A stretch of 63,819 bases of DNA, filler included, from Octopus bimaculoides (GCF_001194135.2; 5 parts of 4 records of this genome joined end to end with filler, not necessarily neighbours in it); one strand, 5' to 3'. Numbered from the whole stretch's first letter, positions 40,010 to 52,632 are shown. The notes: a model not told the origin generated them from the letters alone. Numbers and translations are program-made.

Positions 40010-40410
40010 CCCCTGGTGGGTAATAAAGAAATCGGTATTTCATCTGCCGCTACGTTCTGAGTTCAAATTCCGCCGAGGTCGACTTTACTTTTCATTCTTT
40101 CGGGGTCGACAAATTAAGTACCAGTTACGCACTGGAGTCTATGTAATCTACTTAATCCCTTTGTCTGTCCTTGTTTGTCTCCTCTATGTTTAGCCCCTTG
40201 TGGGCAATAAAGAACTAAGAAACAGCACACCGAGCGAAATGCTTAGCAGTATTTCGTCTGTCTTTACGTTCTGAGTTCAGATTCGACTTTGCCTTTCATT
40301 CTTTCGGGGTCGATAAGTTAAGTACCAGTTGCTTACTGGGTCGATCTAAGTCGACTGGTCCCCTCACCCTGCCAAAAAAATTTCGAGTCTTGTGCCTAGG
40401 GTAGGAAAGA
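40010..40410 (+). mobile_element. Two tandem SINE family B copies
   Basis: GTTCTGAGTTCAAATTCCGCCGAGGTCGACTTT core; the two copies end in different tails. Confidence 0.75.
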
Positions 40411-40659
40411 ACATTTCTACATAAAGAAGGGCAATTTCAAATTTGAGGATCATCAATTATTATGAAAGTCTACTCTTAAAGTGACTGACTGCATTTGACT
40501 CAATAATCATCTTTGATCTGGGGGCTGTTTGAGCGTAAATTAATACCAATTTGAATTGATCTTGCTTGAATAGGTTCACTATCTTACTAGTTCGTTGAAT
40601 AATTTCTTAGAAAATTATGTGCGCGTGCGTGTTTGTGAGTGTATGTGTGTTTTATTCTT

Positions 40660-41340
<681 letters not shown>

Positions 41341-42166
41341 AAAGAGTGAAAGAGAAAAGGTGGGAGAGACTCCCAATTCGAGCATCTGCATTGCATTCGG
41401 TCTGAATGCCTGTAACATGGTGAAGTCATCTAAAGACACGAAGGGAATATGTGTTGGTGCTTAACCGAACGCTGTGTAAGACCTATCAGATTAATACCTT
41501 TCAATTTCAAAGGTAAAAAAATCAGTTTGTAGATATATGCAAAATAACTGTTGAGGGTTGTGTCCAATAGATGCTATTTTTTAATTACATTTTTTACGCA
41601 GCTAAACAAATCTTCACATTTATCAATACCATTTGTATTGAGCTTACGTTGTATTTAATTTTTAGAGTATGCTTTCTCAAATTTGAATCTGTTTACGACC
41701 ATGTACACACTCATGTTTCATGTCGTATTTACTAACTCGCAAAGATGCACAGATTAGAACGTGAAGACGGCGAGCATGAAAAGTAGAGAAGCACTCTGAG
41801 TTGTTGGACAATGAGGTCACTAAATCAGACCCTTTGATTTGAAACTGAAACGCAGACATCTTAAGTCGAAATCTAAAATTTAAAAAAAAAAAAAAAAAAA
41901 AAGAAATCCATTGTTATTATTAAATTGTAACAAAACTGCTGCACGTATTCTAAGATTTTCTCAAGCTCTCACGCACACAAACATATAAATATAGGCAGTA
42001 AGCCATGTCCTATCTTTAAACATCGCACAGAACTGAAGACAGATAACAATAGTCTGAAACGCTTAACACTCTCTATCCAACCACTTCACTGCAGACGTCG
42101 AAGATTCGAGACATCGAAGCAAAGCTAGTCTTTTGTGAATGCTAGCATAATATTGAAATTGTCACA

Positions 42167-44917
42167 ATGAAATCGGTTAATATAAATACTAAAGATTGCA
42201 CGAAGGTTATTGTGTACGCGTTCGATAAAGTTTGTTTTGAAACTATGGTATTCCCTCACACGGTCGGTCATGAGTGCATGGCTTTTGCTATCCACCAACT
42301 TGGATTAACAGACGCAAGATATTTCGGTTTCCGTCATGTCACTAGTGACTTGAGAGTTGAATGGATTGATTTGAATAAACGTTTGGGAAAGCAACTCGAC
42401 AAAGATTGTAAGCAACATTGTTTTTATTTTGGAGTGATGTACTATATATCGCGTGCTTATAACATTAAAGATGAGGTTGCACTGTATCAGTATTTCAGGC
42501 AACTTCATGTTGATTATTTATATAGTCAGTATGATTGTTTACTTGAAAGGGCTATCAAACTGGCTTCGTTTTACCTTCGAGTGATTCTAGGTCCATACGA
42601 TCCCCAAAAGCATACGGCTGCGACAGTGAGCCGCCAGCTTCTTTTTCCTGTTAGCATATGGAAGGACGAGAAAATTGCTGCAGATGCTCAAGAAAAAGCT
42701 TTTCAGAATTACCAAACCCTTAATATAACTTCTAAAACTAGTATGGTTTTTTATATAATTGAATTCGAGTCTGCGACGTACTACGGACTAGAGTGTCACT
42801 CTGCCCTGCTTTCCGAGAGACGAGAGGCGGTGCATCTAATAACATCCTACAATGGTATCATGATAAAATATTTAACATCCCCTAATGCTTTACTCCTCAA
42901 GTGGTCAGATATTGTCGCAATCACACGCTCTCAAAAGTCTAGTATAATTATCCAACAGCAATCTCGCTCCATACAACTAGAACTGGCTGATAAGAACAGA
43001 GCAAAATATTTCTTCCAAATGGCTTTCCTTTTGATGCACTTTTATCAAGATAATCCAGAGTTCTGCGACAGATCGTCAAAGGAACCTGCCAAGCCTGACG
43101 GCTACGAATCTTACTCATTGCTGCTATCAACTTCTCAGTCGGAGACTCTGAGATCCGTTCTTCGTTACCAGCAGTCGCTGACTTCTATTCCTGACAACAT
43201 TCAGTTATCTCCAAAAACTCTTCATGAAGCTGCTGAAACTGCGGAATACCTCCTCGCACAACCCTCACGTCCAAAACAAACTGCTCTAGGTGCAACAGAA
43301 GCAATTGCTAGGCCATCGAAACCCGTAGCGAGTGTCAGAACTGCTGAGGTACGTCTTGATGAAGAATTTTTCTTGACTCATTCTAAGGATATAAAATATG
43401 AAGCGAAGAAACTTAACAAAGGTTGTCAAACGCAACCTTTTTTGACATCTATGATTAATGAGCGATTCCAGAAGTATACTGAAGCTAGTCCGATGCGTTT
43501 ACTTTCTCAAACTGTAAAAAATATTCTGCAGTATCTAGATGAAATAGAAAAGACGGAACGTGAAACCCAAGCGGATATTAAATCTAAACAAAGTACGGGA
43601 AAACATTTCTCCGATTCGCAACCATTGCAAGAATGTGGCATTCCTTATAGACCTCCACCCAAATATCCATTTCCAAAAACCAAGTCGAAGGATACGGACA
43701 TAGACTATACGAAACCTATTACCCCAGGGCAAATTTTGAAGAGAATTCAAGACATCCAAATACGAGATAAAAGCACTGAGGCTGTTTCACCCGCTAAATC
43801 GGAGAAAAGTAAAGAGTCAAAAGTTTCTGAAACTCCTATGCTGCCTAGTAGGGAGTACGCACGTCTGGAACCTGCGAAAAGTGAGCCAGTTCATCAATCC
43901 CTATCTAAAGCGGAGTTGTTGGCCCTAGATGAAAGTTCTAAAGGAGCTAAACATAAGCATTCCAAGAAGCCATTTATTATGGTGGCTTCAAATGCACTTA
44001 AAGAAATTCGAAGTAGAGATAAATATGAAAATCTGCAACGTAAATTAAATGAGGGCCAGGTTTTCGCTGAGTTTCGCTCAACTGGCGTAAAAAGTCAACA
44101 AATGCCTTGTTCTGTTGGTTATCATTTTGAAAACGCTATTAGAAACCGCTATCAATCTGTTGTACCTTATGACGAAAATCGTGTACAACTGACTGGAAGA
44201 CTTGAGAATGTATTCGGTTATATAAATGCGTCTAGTATAAAATGGAGACGCGGTCCGCATGAATTGAGCTTCATTGCAGCTCAAGCGCCGCTAAAAAATA
44301 ATCTCGAAGATTTTTGGCAAATGGTTTGGGAACAAAAGGTTTCTATAATAATTATGCTGAATTCTATAGATAACGAGAGTAAACTTGGCTGTTGTCTGTA
44401 CTGGCCTCAAGAATGGAATCTTGATCAAAAATTTCAGAGTGGACCGTTTACAGTTACTTTCCATACTTATAGGAGAACTCCCGAGTACTATTTGGATGTT
44501 CTGACTATCACCGATCCTTCTGGTGAGCAACAGCTAATAAGTAATCTTCATTTCACTCAATGGTCACAAGATGATTGTCCGTGTGATTTATCAATTTTTG
44601 TCAGCTTTTTGGAAGAGATTGAATCTGTACAAAATCTTATGCGCACTAAACATCCCGTCCAAGCTCCTATCGCTGTGCTGTGTCATGATGGAGTTGGTCG
44701 TACTGGTGTCCTAATAATGTCTTATATTATGAAATATTGTCTAAAGTGTGACCTTGAAATGAATCTGCAAAATTTGCTTGGCTTCCTCCGCTCCAATAGA
44801 ATGCTTATGGTTACTTCATTAAAACAATATATTTCCGTTTATGAAGCTTTGATTTATTTCCTGAAAGGACAATTTTCTCCTCCAAAAACGTATCTCGTTG
44901 GTCCATTTAAGATTTAA
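42167..44917 (+). CDS. PTPN14-like: Single-exon FERM-domain protein tyrosine phosphatase-like protein (PTPN14/PTPN21/Pez family), probable pseudophosphatase
   Basis: 916-aa uninterrupted ORF with in-frame TAG upstream (42143-42145). N-terminal FERM (YFGF..WIDLNKRLGKQLDK..FYFGVMYY..YQYF); RPPPKYP; LQRKLNEGQVFAEF helix typical of PTPN14/21; NRY, YINAS, IAAQAP, DFWQMVWEQ, CX5R motif, RMLMV...QY. Confidence 0.92.
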   Translation: MKSVNINTKDCTKVIVYAFDKVCFETMVFPHTVGHECMAFAIHQLGLTDARYFGFRHVTSDLRVEWIDLNKRLGKQLDKDCKQHCFYFGVMYYISRAYNIKDEVALYQYFRQLHVDYLYSQYDCLLERAIKLASFYLRVILGPYDPQKHTAATVSRQLLFPVSIWKDEKIAADAQEKAFQNYQTLNITSKTSMVFYIIEFESATYYGLECHSALLSERREAVHLITSYNGIMIKYLTSPNALLLKWSDIVAITRSQKSSIIIQQQSRSIQLELADKNRAKYFFQMAFLLMHFYQDNPEFCDRSSKEPAKPDGYESYSLLLSTSQSETLRSVLRYQQSLTSIPDNIQLSPKTLHEAAETAEYLLAQPSRPKQTALGATEAIARPSKPVASVRTAEVRLDEEFFLTHSKDIKYEAKKLNKGCQTQPFLTSMINERFQKYTEASPMRLLSQTVKNILQYLDEIEKTERETQADIKSKQSTGKHFSDSQPLQECGIPYRPPPKYPFPKTKSKDTDIDYTKPITPGQILKRIQDIQIRDKSTEAVSPAKSEKSKESKVSETPMLPSREYARLEPAKSEPVHQSLSKAELLALDESSKGAKHKHSKKPFIMVASNALKEIRSRDKYENLQRKLNEGQVFAEFRSTGVKSQQMPCSVGYHFENAIRNRYQSVVPYDENRVQLTGRLENVFGYINASSIKWRRGPHELSFIAAQAPLKNNLEDFWQMVWEQKVSIIIMLNSIDNESKLGCCLYWPQEWNLDQKFQSGPFTVTFHTYRRTPEYYLDVLTITDPSGEQQLISNLHFTQWSQDDCPCDLSIFVSFLEEIESVQNLMRTKHPVQAPIAVLCHDGVGRTGVLIMSYIMKYCLKCDLEMNLQNLLGFLRSNRMLMVTSLKQYISVYEALIYFLKGQFSPPKTYLVGPFKI

Positions 44918-45017
44918 ATAGTCTGAAATTATACGACTTTAATCGTATGGAATTTATACATTTTTCTTTTGGAACTACATTTTTCACGAGAGTACTTTCC
45001 TTTTAAAAAAAAATTGC

Positions 45018-45023
45018 AATAAA
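45018..45023 (+). terminator. Candidate polyadenylation signal for the FERM-PTP gene
   Basis: AATAAA 100 nt after the stop codon; weak evidence in AT-rich DNA. Confidence 0.35.
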
Positions 45024-45372
45024 GTGGAAAACTAAGACATCTCATGAGACATTTTATTTTTAACTAACCTAAGGGAAACCCTTTACTTTCAACAATTTCC
45101 TACGTGTAAATTATCAACTACCTGAAGCTTCGAAGTTTTGCGAGAGCACCAAGTTAAATGTCGAGTGTGGAAATTAAAAAAAATATGCCTCTCATATATT
45201 CACAATATTGTCTATTCAGCTTTTTAAAGCTTTAATTGGAAGAATTTGTTGTTTGAACTGTTTAGATGCAGCTGTAAAAAAATTTTTCTAGAAAACTTTT
45301 CCTCTAGAAGAGTGAGAAATAGAACCCCCATAACTGATTAACTACTATCTATGTTGGAGCTTTGTCACTGTA

Positions 45373-45414
<42 letters not shown>

Positions 45415-47349
45415 ATACTTCTATAAAATCCTCAAAGGTGTAATCGAGGCATGCCTTTTTTATCTGCCAATTATCTCCCCACTCTCACCAGGCGTCGTTC
45501 TACTTCAAGATTTTCCTTATCTTTTTCTCCGAGAACAAACTCTTGCAACGACTAAAATTAAAAATTTATAAATTCTGCGTTTGTTGTTATTCTCCAGTCT
45601 GACGACTTGAAAATATTGGATCTGCATCCTCATAAATTAACGATTTTCAAGGGATCTTTTCAAGGAACCCTTAGCTCTGTAGCAACAGTAGCTAAATCTC
45701 TCAAATCTGACCATACTGTCGTAAATGAGAAAGCGCAGGTTGGAATCTTCCGTCCAGTTAAGTTGAGAGGAAGTCCAGCTTGCACACCTTTGTTATAGGC
45801 CTGCTCAATTGAGATCCGTCTGAATCTAAATAGCGAATGTCGTAGCAAAGGAGAGAATAATTCTCCGTTTCGTTTCTGTATAGTAGTTTAAAATCCTATA
45901 GCGTTTAAACCGGCCCTATTAGGCCCAGATAGTCTGTTCAAACTAGCCAGATTTGGCCTTTCACTCCTACCCTACAATGTCATTCTAAAAATAATCACCT
46001 CATCGAAATCTCAAAACTACAAGATAGTGCATGAGTAGTTAAAAACCATGTGAATAAATATTACATTAAACAGTGAAATCTGAATTCTAGATGATTAAAT
46101 AAGTCCATGCAGTTTTCTTTTTACATGGCTGATATTGTTTAGACTCGTATAGAATAATTTACTCGATTTTAGGCGTAATTGTAATTTAAGCCTTGGAAAT
46201 AAACATCGGACCAGTTGAGTGTGGTTCTCATTTACCTTAAAAATCGAACATGAATTTTGGTAGGCACTTTTGGGAAAGTCCTTGTGAGATTGAAACTATA
46301 CCGCCAATTTTAAATACACTATCAAATTAATAATTCGTGACGTCCGCTTCGCTTTCATAAGTTTGAATGTCACACCCTAGCAGAAAAGGGAAGCAACTGT
46401 AGTTATTAAGCTTGTGTGTGTGTTTTTAATGATTAGGTGTATTATCTCCTTATCGGCATGTCTCTCCGGCTATCTCGAAAATTCGAATGTAGCCTTGAAA
46501 TATGTACCAAAAGAGATGCAAATTCAACAGGAGTAATGTAACTTTCGTTGGCTCACAGTGCTGAGTTGTTAAATTTCTCCCAGATACAAATCCCAATAAA
46601 TTTGTACCTCTCACCTACTTTATCTAGAAATTAGAATAAGTTGCAACATATCACCTTACATTAGTAAATAAAAACGAATCTTATTTCCTACTTAAAAAAA
46701 AAAAAAACTTAGTTGTCGTGTACTTTTCCTTGCCACTTAATATAATCGCTAATATTTTTTTTTATTAGCAACCTTAGAATGTTAAAACCTCAATATTTCA
46801 GCATTGACCTTGCAATCTGTTTAGTGTGCAATTTTTTCTCCATTAAGATTATATTTTCATATAATAATTTTAAAGCATAAAACAACTTCAATGATTATGC
46901 AACATACAGAGAAGCGGTCTTTCTGCCGTCGACGGAGAAATTCTTGATAATTTTTTTTTTTTTTTTGTTTCTAACTCATTTACAGAAACAGAATTTCTTT
47001 AAACGGTTTTGTTTCTCTTGCATCAAATGCCATTATTGCAGTGCGGAACGAAACTATTGGGTGCAGTTGTCTGGACGCTGACTTGTGGCACGGCTGACTG
47101 GACACTGTTTGGCAACGGTACTATTTGGAGCTAGATGTAAACGCACTCACACGATAGACATAATTTATTAACACGATTGACGTAACCACTTTTCTCTCTT
47201 CTCCTGCACATAAAGTGAAATATATTGACAGACAGACAGACAGACAGGGCTGTCAAATAGGCAGCACCAAGACGACTATGCTAAAATGTCTCGTACAAAT
47301 TCCAATGTTATGCTTTTCCATTTATGTATGTCAATATCTTACTGGCAGA

Positions 47350-47765
47350 GGGCGGCGAGCTGGCAGAAGCGTCAGCACGCCGGGCGAAATGCTTAGTATT
47401 ACGCCTGTCAGTACGTTCTGAGTTCAAATTCTGCTGAGGTCGACTTTGCCTTTCATCCTTTCGGAGTCGATAAATTAAGTACCAGTTGCATACTGGAGTC
47501 GATCTAATCGACTGGTCTCCTCCCCAAAAATTTCGAGCCGTGTGCCTAGAGTAGAAACGAATATCTTACTGGCAGAAATGTTAGCACGCCGGAAAAAATG
47601 CCTTGCAGCATTTCGTCTGCTGTTATGTTCTGAGTTCAAATTCCGCCGAGGTCGACTTTGCCTTTCATCCTATCGGGCTCGATAAAATAAGTACTAGTTG
47701 AGCACTGGGGCCGATGTAATCGACTTAGCTCCTCCCCATGAAATTGCTAGCCTTGTATTAAAATT
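47350..47765 (+). mobile_element. Nested SINE family B pair
   Basis: Young copy at about 47350-47562 is flanked by a 17-bp direct repeat AATATCTTACTGGCAGA (47333-47349 / 47560-47576) that includes the head of the second copy. Confidence 0.85.
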
Positions 47766-47971
47766 TGAAATCAATATTTTGCTATTCAATATTGCCGAAA
47801 TATCGATCAACAGATACATCTTCCAATGTTATTTCCAACTTGTGAGAGCTGCAATATATGGTTGCAATTTTTGCTTGAAACATATACTTTACAAAATTCA
47901 TACAACTTAATTGAAAGCATTAACGTCACAACATCCAATATTATCCTTTTGAGATATACGGTATATTTACA

Positions 47972-48024
<53 letters not shown>

Positions 48025-49227
48025 CAAAAACATATGTTCGACTTTTCTCAGAAAATTGATGTCATTTCACGATTACTATACTATTCTTATTTACGGTTTT
48101 GCAACTACGGGATTTCAGGTTCAATCTCACTGCACGGAACCTTCAAATGTTTTCTACCCCATCTCCGGGCCGATCAGCGACTTATGCAGTACCTAATATT
48201 TTGACAAACAAAACATTTTTCTTTTGTCCTTTGCATGGTTCAGTCATTGGGGCACCGCCTTGAAGTCGACTGCATTACCTTTCTAAGTCTAGTAGTATTC
48301 TATATCGTTCTTTTTTTCTGTCGAATCGATAACATAAACCAGTCAACACCGGTTGTCAAGCTATGGTCACTACCCACGTACACACATGTATGCATATATA
48401 TCACGTGACCGACCAGACTACCGGATGTTATGTATGGGTGGTCACAATGCGCTTAGCGTTGTATCCGCTTTTGAATGATATGATGCCATCCCGTTGACTA
48501 CGCCGTCAAAAGATTCACCCATTTACAGCTGACTGGACTCAAGCAACGTGAAATGAAGTGTTTTGCTCAAGAACACATCGTACTGCCCGGTCCGTGGTTC
48601 GAAACCTCGACTGCAATATCGTGAGCGCAACATTTCTAACCAGTAAGCCACGCACCTTCACTGTAGATGGATGTGTGGATAGACCTACACAAAGAGCTCC
48701 AGTGTGTGCGTGCGTGTTTAATTTCAATTATAAATTGGGAAATACTTAAATTAGTTTCATATTTTACAAGATTCTTGTGAAATAAACATTCAAATGGAGA
48801 ACCCACTTTTTTTCTATTTAGAAATACTGAGAATTCTATCTGTTCTATGATGGTCTTTGAACGCAAGATGATAAACATTAATTTCTGAACTGAATAATAT
48901 TTTGGACACGTATCAATTCAAAAGTCAAAAGATGTCGATAAAAGTCTGATAATTTGAAATCACTAGTAAAACTAGTATTTAACCAGTATCATTAAGTCTG
49001 TCACGTCATGAAGATTTGGTCTTAAGTTTCATTTGCATTATATATCCTATAGAAATTTTAACCGATTCCTCTCCCTCGGTGCGTTTAACTCTTATCTGCT
49101 TCATAACTAAAAGCGCAGCCGTTGCTGTTTCTGAGCTCCATGCATTTTGTTTTCTTTTTTGTACCAAGACGCTACGAAGGAAGGAGAGAACGCTATGTTG
49201 TCCAGCCTTTCTAAACAGCAGCACTGA

Positions 49228-49510
49228 CAGCGCGTGGCTTAGAGGTTAGGGTATTCGATACACAATCGTAAGGTCGTCAGCTCGATTTCCGCCAGTGCGT
49301 TGTGCCTTTAAGCAAGACATTTTATTTCACGTTGCTTCAGTTCACTCAGCTGTGATTCAAAAGGGGCCAGCCTTGTCACATTCTGTGTCACGCTGAATCT
49401 CTCTGAGAACTACGTTAAGGATATGAGTGTCTGTGGAGTACTCAGTCACCTGCATGTTAATTTCATGAGGAGGCTGTTCCGTTGATTGGATCAACTGGAA
49501 CCCTCGTTGT
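49228..49510 (+). mobile_element. SINE family C copy
   Basis: GCGTGGCTTAGAGGTTAGGG head; TAAGCAAGACATTTTATTTCACGTTGCTTCAGTTCACTCAGCTG core. Confidence 0.65.
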
Positions 49511-50511
49511 CGCAACGGACGGAGTATCAATAAGCAACAACATTAGCGTAAGTGGGTAAAATCGTTTCAATCTCAAATTGAAAGTTAAACAAATAACTAT
49601 TCTAACTTTGGACACAAGGTCAGCAATTTTTGAGGTCACAGAGCAAGGTCGATTACATTGGTCCTAGCACTTGGCATATAATGTTTTATCTTATCGACCG
49701 CCGAAAGGATGAAAGTCAAAGCTGACCTCGGCGGATTTGAACTCAGAACGTAAAGAACCGGAAGAAATGTAGCTAAGCATTTTGTCCAGCATGATAATGA
49801 TTTTGCCAACCTATCGCTTTAATTATCTTTTCTACAATAGATACAGGGCCTGATACAGGGTACTTGTGCGTTGATTTCACGAGCCGGCTGTTCCATTGAT
49901 CGGATCAACTGCAACTCTCTTCGTAACTGACGGACTGTCAGTTTTTTAAAATTTTTTTATTTTTTTTACGTGAAATGAAGTTTTGCTCAGGAATACAACG
50001 CACCACCTGATCATACGAAGGTGAGTGCAATACTTTAATAAACTCAGCCAGGCATCTTCACTGCTCATCTGCTTAGCAGAACAAAACCTGTAAAGGTACA
50101 AAGCTTTTGTGGTTATGGTCTGCGTGTTTTTATCAAAACCCCCTGGTTAATAGAGTATAATTAATTAGAAAATGATATTCATGGTTTTCTGGAGGTATTA
50201 CAGAATCTTTACGTAAGCGTTTAACTATGATCTTTTGGGCATTCACACGTGGTTGAATATTAAGCTGTGGCGTGTCGACGGTTTAGCTGAAACCGACAAT
50301 CGCAAATTGAGCTAATTTGTAAAATCACAAACTGTGACAAGAATACACACTAGTTTGTGGTATACAAGGTGGATTCTTCCATACCAGACACGATCACAGT
50401 TGAGAGTTTATGCATTGCTACACATTACATCTATGCAAAAACACTCATTAAACACCTGATATATATATATTTTGCTGTAAATATATATTTATAGTTTAGG
50501 CGGTGAGAGAG

Positions 50512-52098
50512 AGCGGCGAGTCGGCAGGATCGTTAGCACACCGGATAAAATGCTTAGCAACACTTCGTCCGGCGTACTGCCCAGATCGTTAGCACGCCGG
50601 TGAAAATGTTTAGCAATATTTCATCAGTCTACACGTTCCGAGTTCAAATTCCGCCGAGGTTGACATTGCCTTTCATCCTTTCGGACCCGGTGAAATAAGT
50701 ACCAGTTAAACACTGGGGTTGATGTAACCTACTTACACCTCCCCCTCACCCAAATTGCTAGCCTTATGCCAAAAATTTGAAAGGCGGCAGAATCGAGCTG
50801 GTAGAATCATTACCGTGCCGGACAAAAGGCTCAGCGGCATTTTGTCTGTATTTAACGTTCTGAGTTCAAATTCCACCCTGGTCGGCTTTCCTCCGAGATC
50901 GATTTTGCCTTTCATCCTTTTTGGGGTCGATAAATTAAGTACCAGTTGTGTACTGGAGTCGATCTAATCAACTGGCTCCTCCCCACAAATTTCAGGCCTT
51001 GTGTCTAGAGTAGAAAAGAATTTCATCTATTGTTGTTATTTTTTATATTAAAATAAGTATCCGCCAATATTCAAAAGAAATTTTGAAATATAAAAATAAC
51101 TGCGTCATACAGTAAAATTGAACTCGTGACCTAGTTTGGTCTGTAGTAATTTTGTTGCTCACTCAACGAAGTTTCTTGAGAAAGATATGATTGCCTTGTG
51201 TTGACGGTCATGATAATAAAAGTAAATGGATCCTCCGTCGGTTTCGACAATCACTATTCCAATTATTTGATCAGGGGGACTACCTAGGCATTATAATACG
51301 AATGGTTAAGGTGGTGACTTGGCAGGAACGTTAGCACGCCGGACAAAATGCTTAGCAGTATTTCGTCAGTTTTGACATTCTGAGTTCAAATTCCACCGAG
51401 GTCGACTTTACCTGTCATCCTTTCGGGCTCGATAAAGTAAGTACCAGTTGCGTACTGGGGTCGATCTAATCGACTGGCCCCCCTCCCCAGAAGTTTCGGG
51501 CCTCGTGCCTAGAGTGGAAAAGAATACGAATGGTTAAGGTGGTGAGCTGGCAGAATCGTTAGCACACTGGGCAAAATGCTGAGCGGTATTTCGTCTGTCT
51601 TTACGTTCTGAGTTCAAATTCCACTGAGGTCGACTTTGCCTTTTATCCTTTCGGGGTCGATAAAATAATTACTAACTGAGCCCTAGGGTCGATATAATCG
51701 ATTAGTCTCATCTCCACGAAAATTTCAGGTCTTGTGACTACAGCTGAGAGGATTATAATATGAGTGTTTGAGGCGGCGAACTGGCAGAATCGCTAGAGCA
51801 TCAGAAAATTTCATGGTGGCATTCATTCCGGGCCTTTGGATTTTGAGTTCAATTCCTGCCAAAGTCAGCTTTGCGTTTCATGCATTCAGCGTCGACAAAA
51901 GTACTAATAAACTAATGGGATCGATGTAATCGACTAACCCTCTTTCCCTAAAATTGCTGGCCCTAAGCTAAAATTTAAAACCGTTATGAGTGGTTAGGGT
52001 GGCGTACTGGCAGAGTCGCTAGAGCGTCCGACAAACTGCTGGGCAGTATTTCTTCCGACCCATTACGTTCTCAGTTCAAATCCCGCCGAGGTCAACTA
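50512..52098 (+). mobile_element. Head-to-tail stack of at least six SINE family B copies
   Basis: Heads near 50512, 50782, 51310, 51538, 51772 and 51998, all on the + strand; extra partial head near 50585. Confidence 0.85.
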
Positions 52099-52598
52099 GT
52101 CTCTCATTATTTTGTAAATTCAAACAAAAATGAGCAAACAGTAGCATGTATTTGAACAACATAAACACATATAGGTATGTCAAATAGCATATGATATAAA
52201 TTCTTGATTTACTAAAATTATCTCCGTTTCTAAAGAATGTACTATAGTTGCCAATTAGTTATTAAGACTGGCTCCATATGTGAAGGGAAAATAATTTCAA
52301 GACTGAAGAATTCTCCAAATTTCGAAACAATTAGCCTGTTCTTTTCTTTAGTGCCCTGTCACCTTTGGGGAATTATTGAATCTTAAGATTATCTCCCCTT
52401 CTCAAGAGGAGCAGCTCTTAATTGCCATTTGGTAAATATGACACATGCTCTTGAGGCGGAGATGATTTTAATAAATGAAAAATTTATGTTATATGGTATT
52501 TGATATACCTGTATTGACCTATAATTTTATTATGCAGATTTGACCGCGTCGTTTTAAAGTATGACTAAGTGCTCTAAACTCATGTAGTAGTGGTGATG

Positions 52599-52632
<34 letters not shown>

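Noticed and set aside
45373-45413. Poly(T) tract as the retrogene's poly(A) tail
   Set aside because: Wrong strand for a + strand retrocopy, and no TSD.
50512-52098. CRISPR-like appearance of regularly recurring repeats
   Set aside because: Units are ~200-bp diverged SINEs, not 25-45 bp repeats with unique spacers; eukaryotic context and no cas genes.
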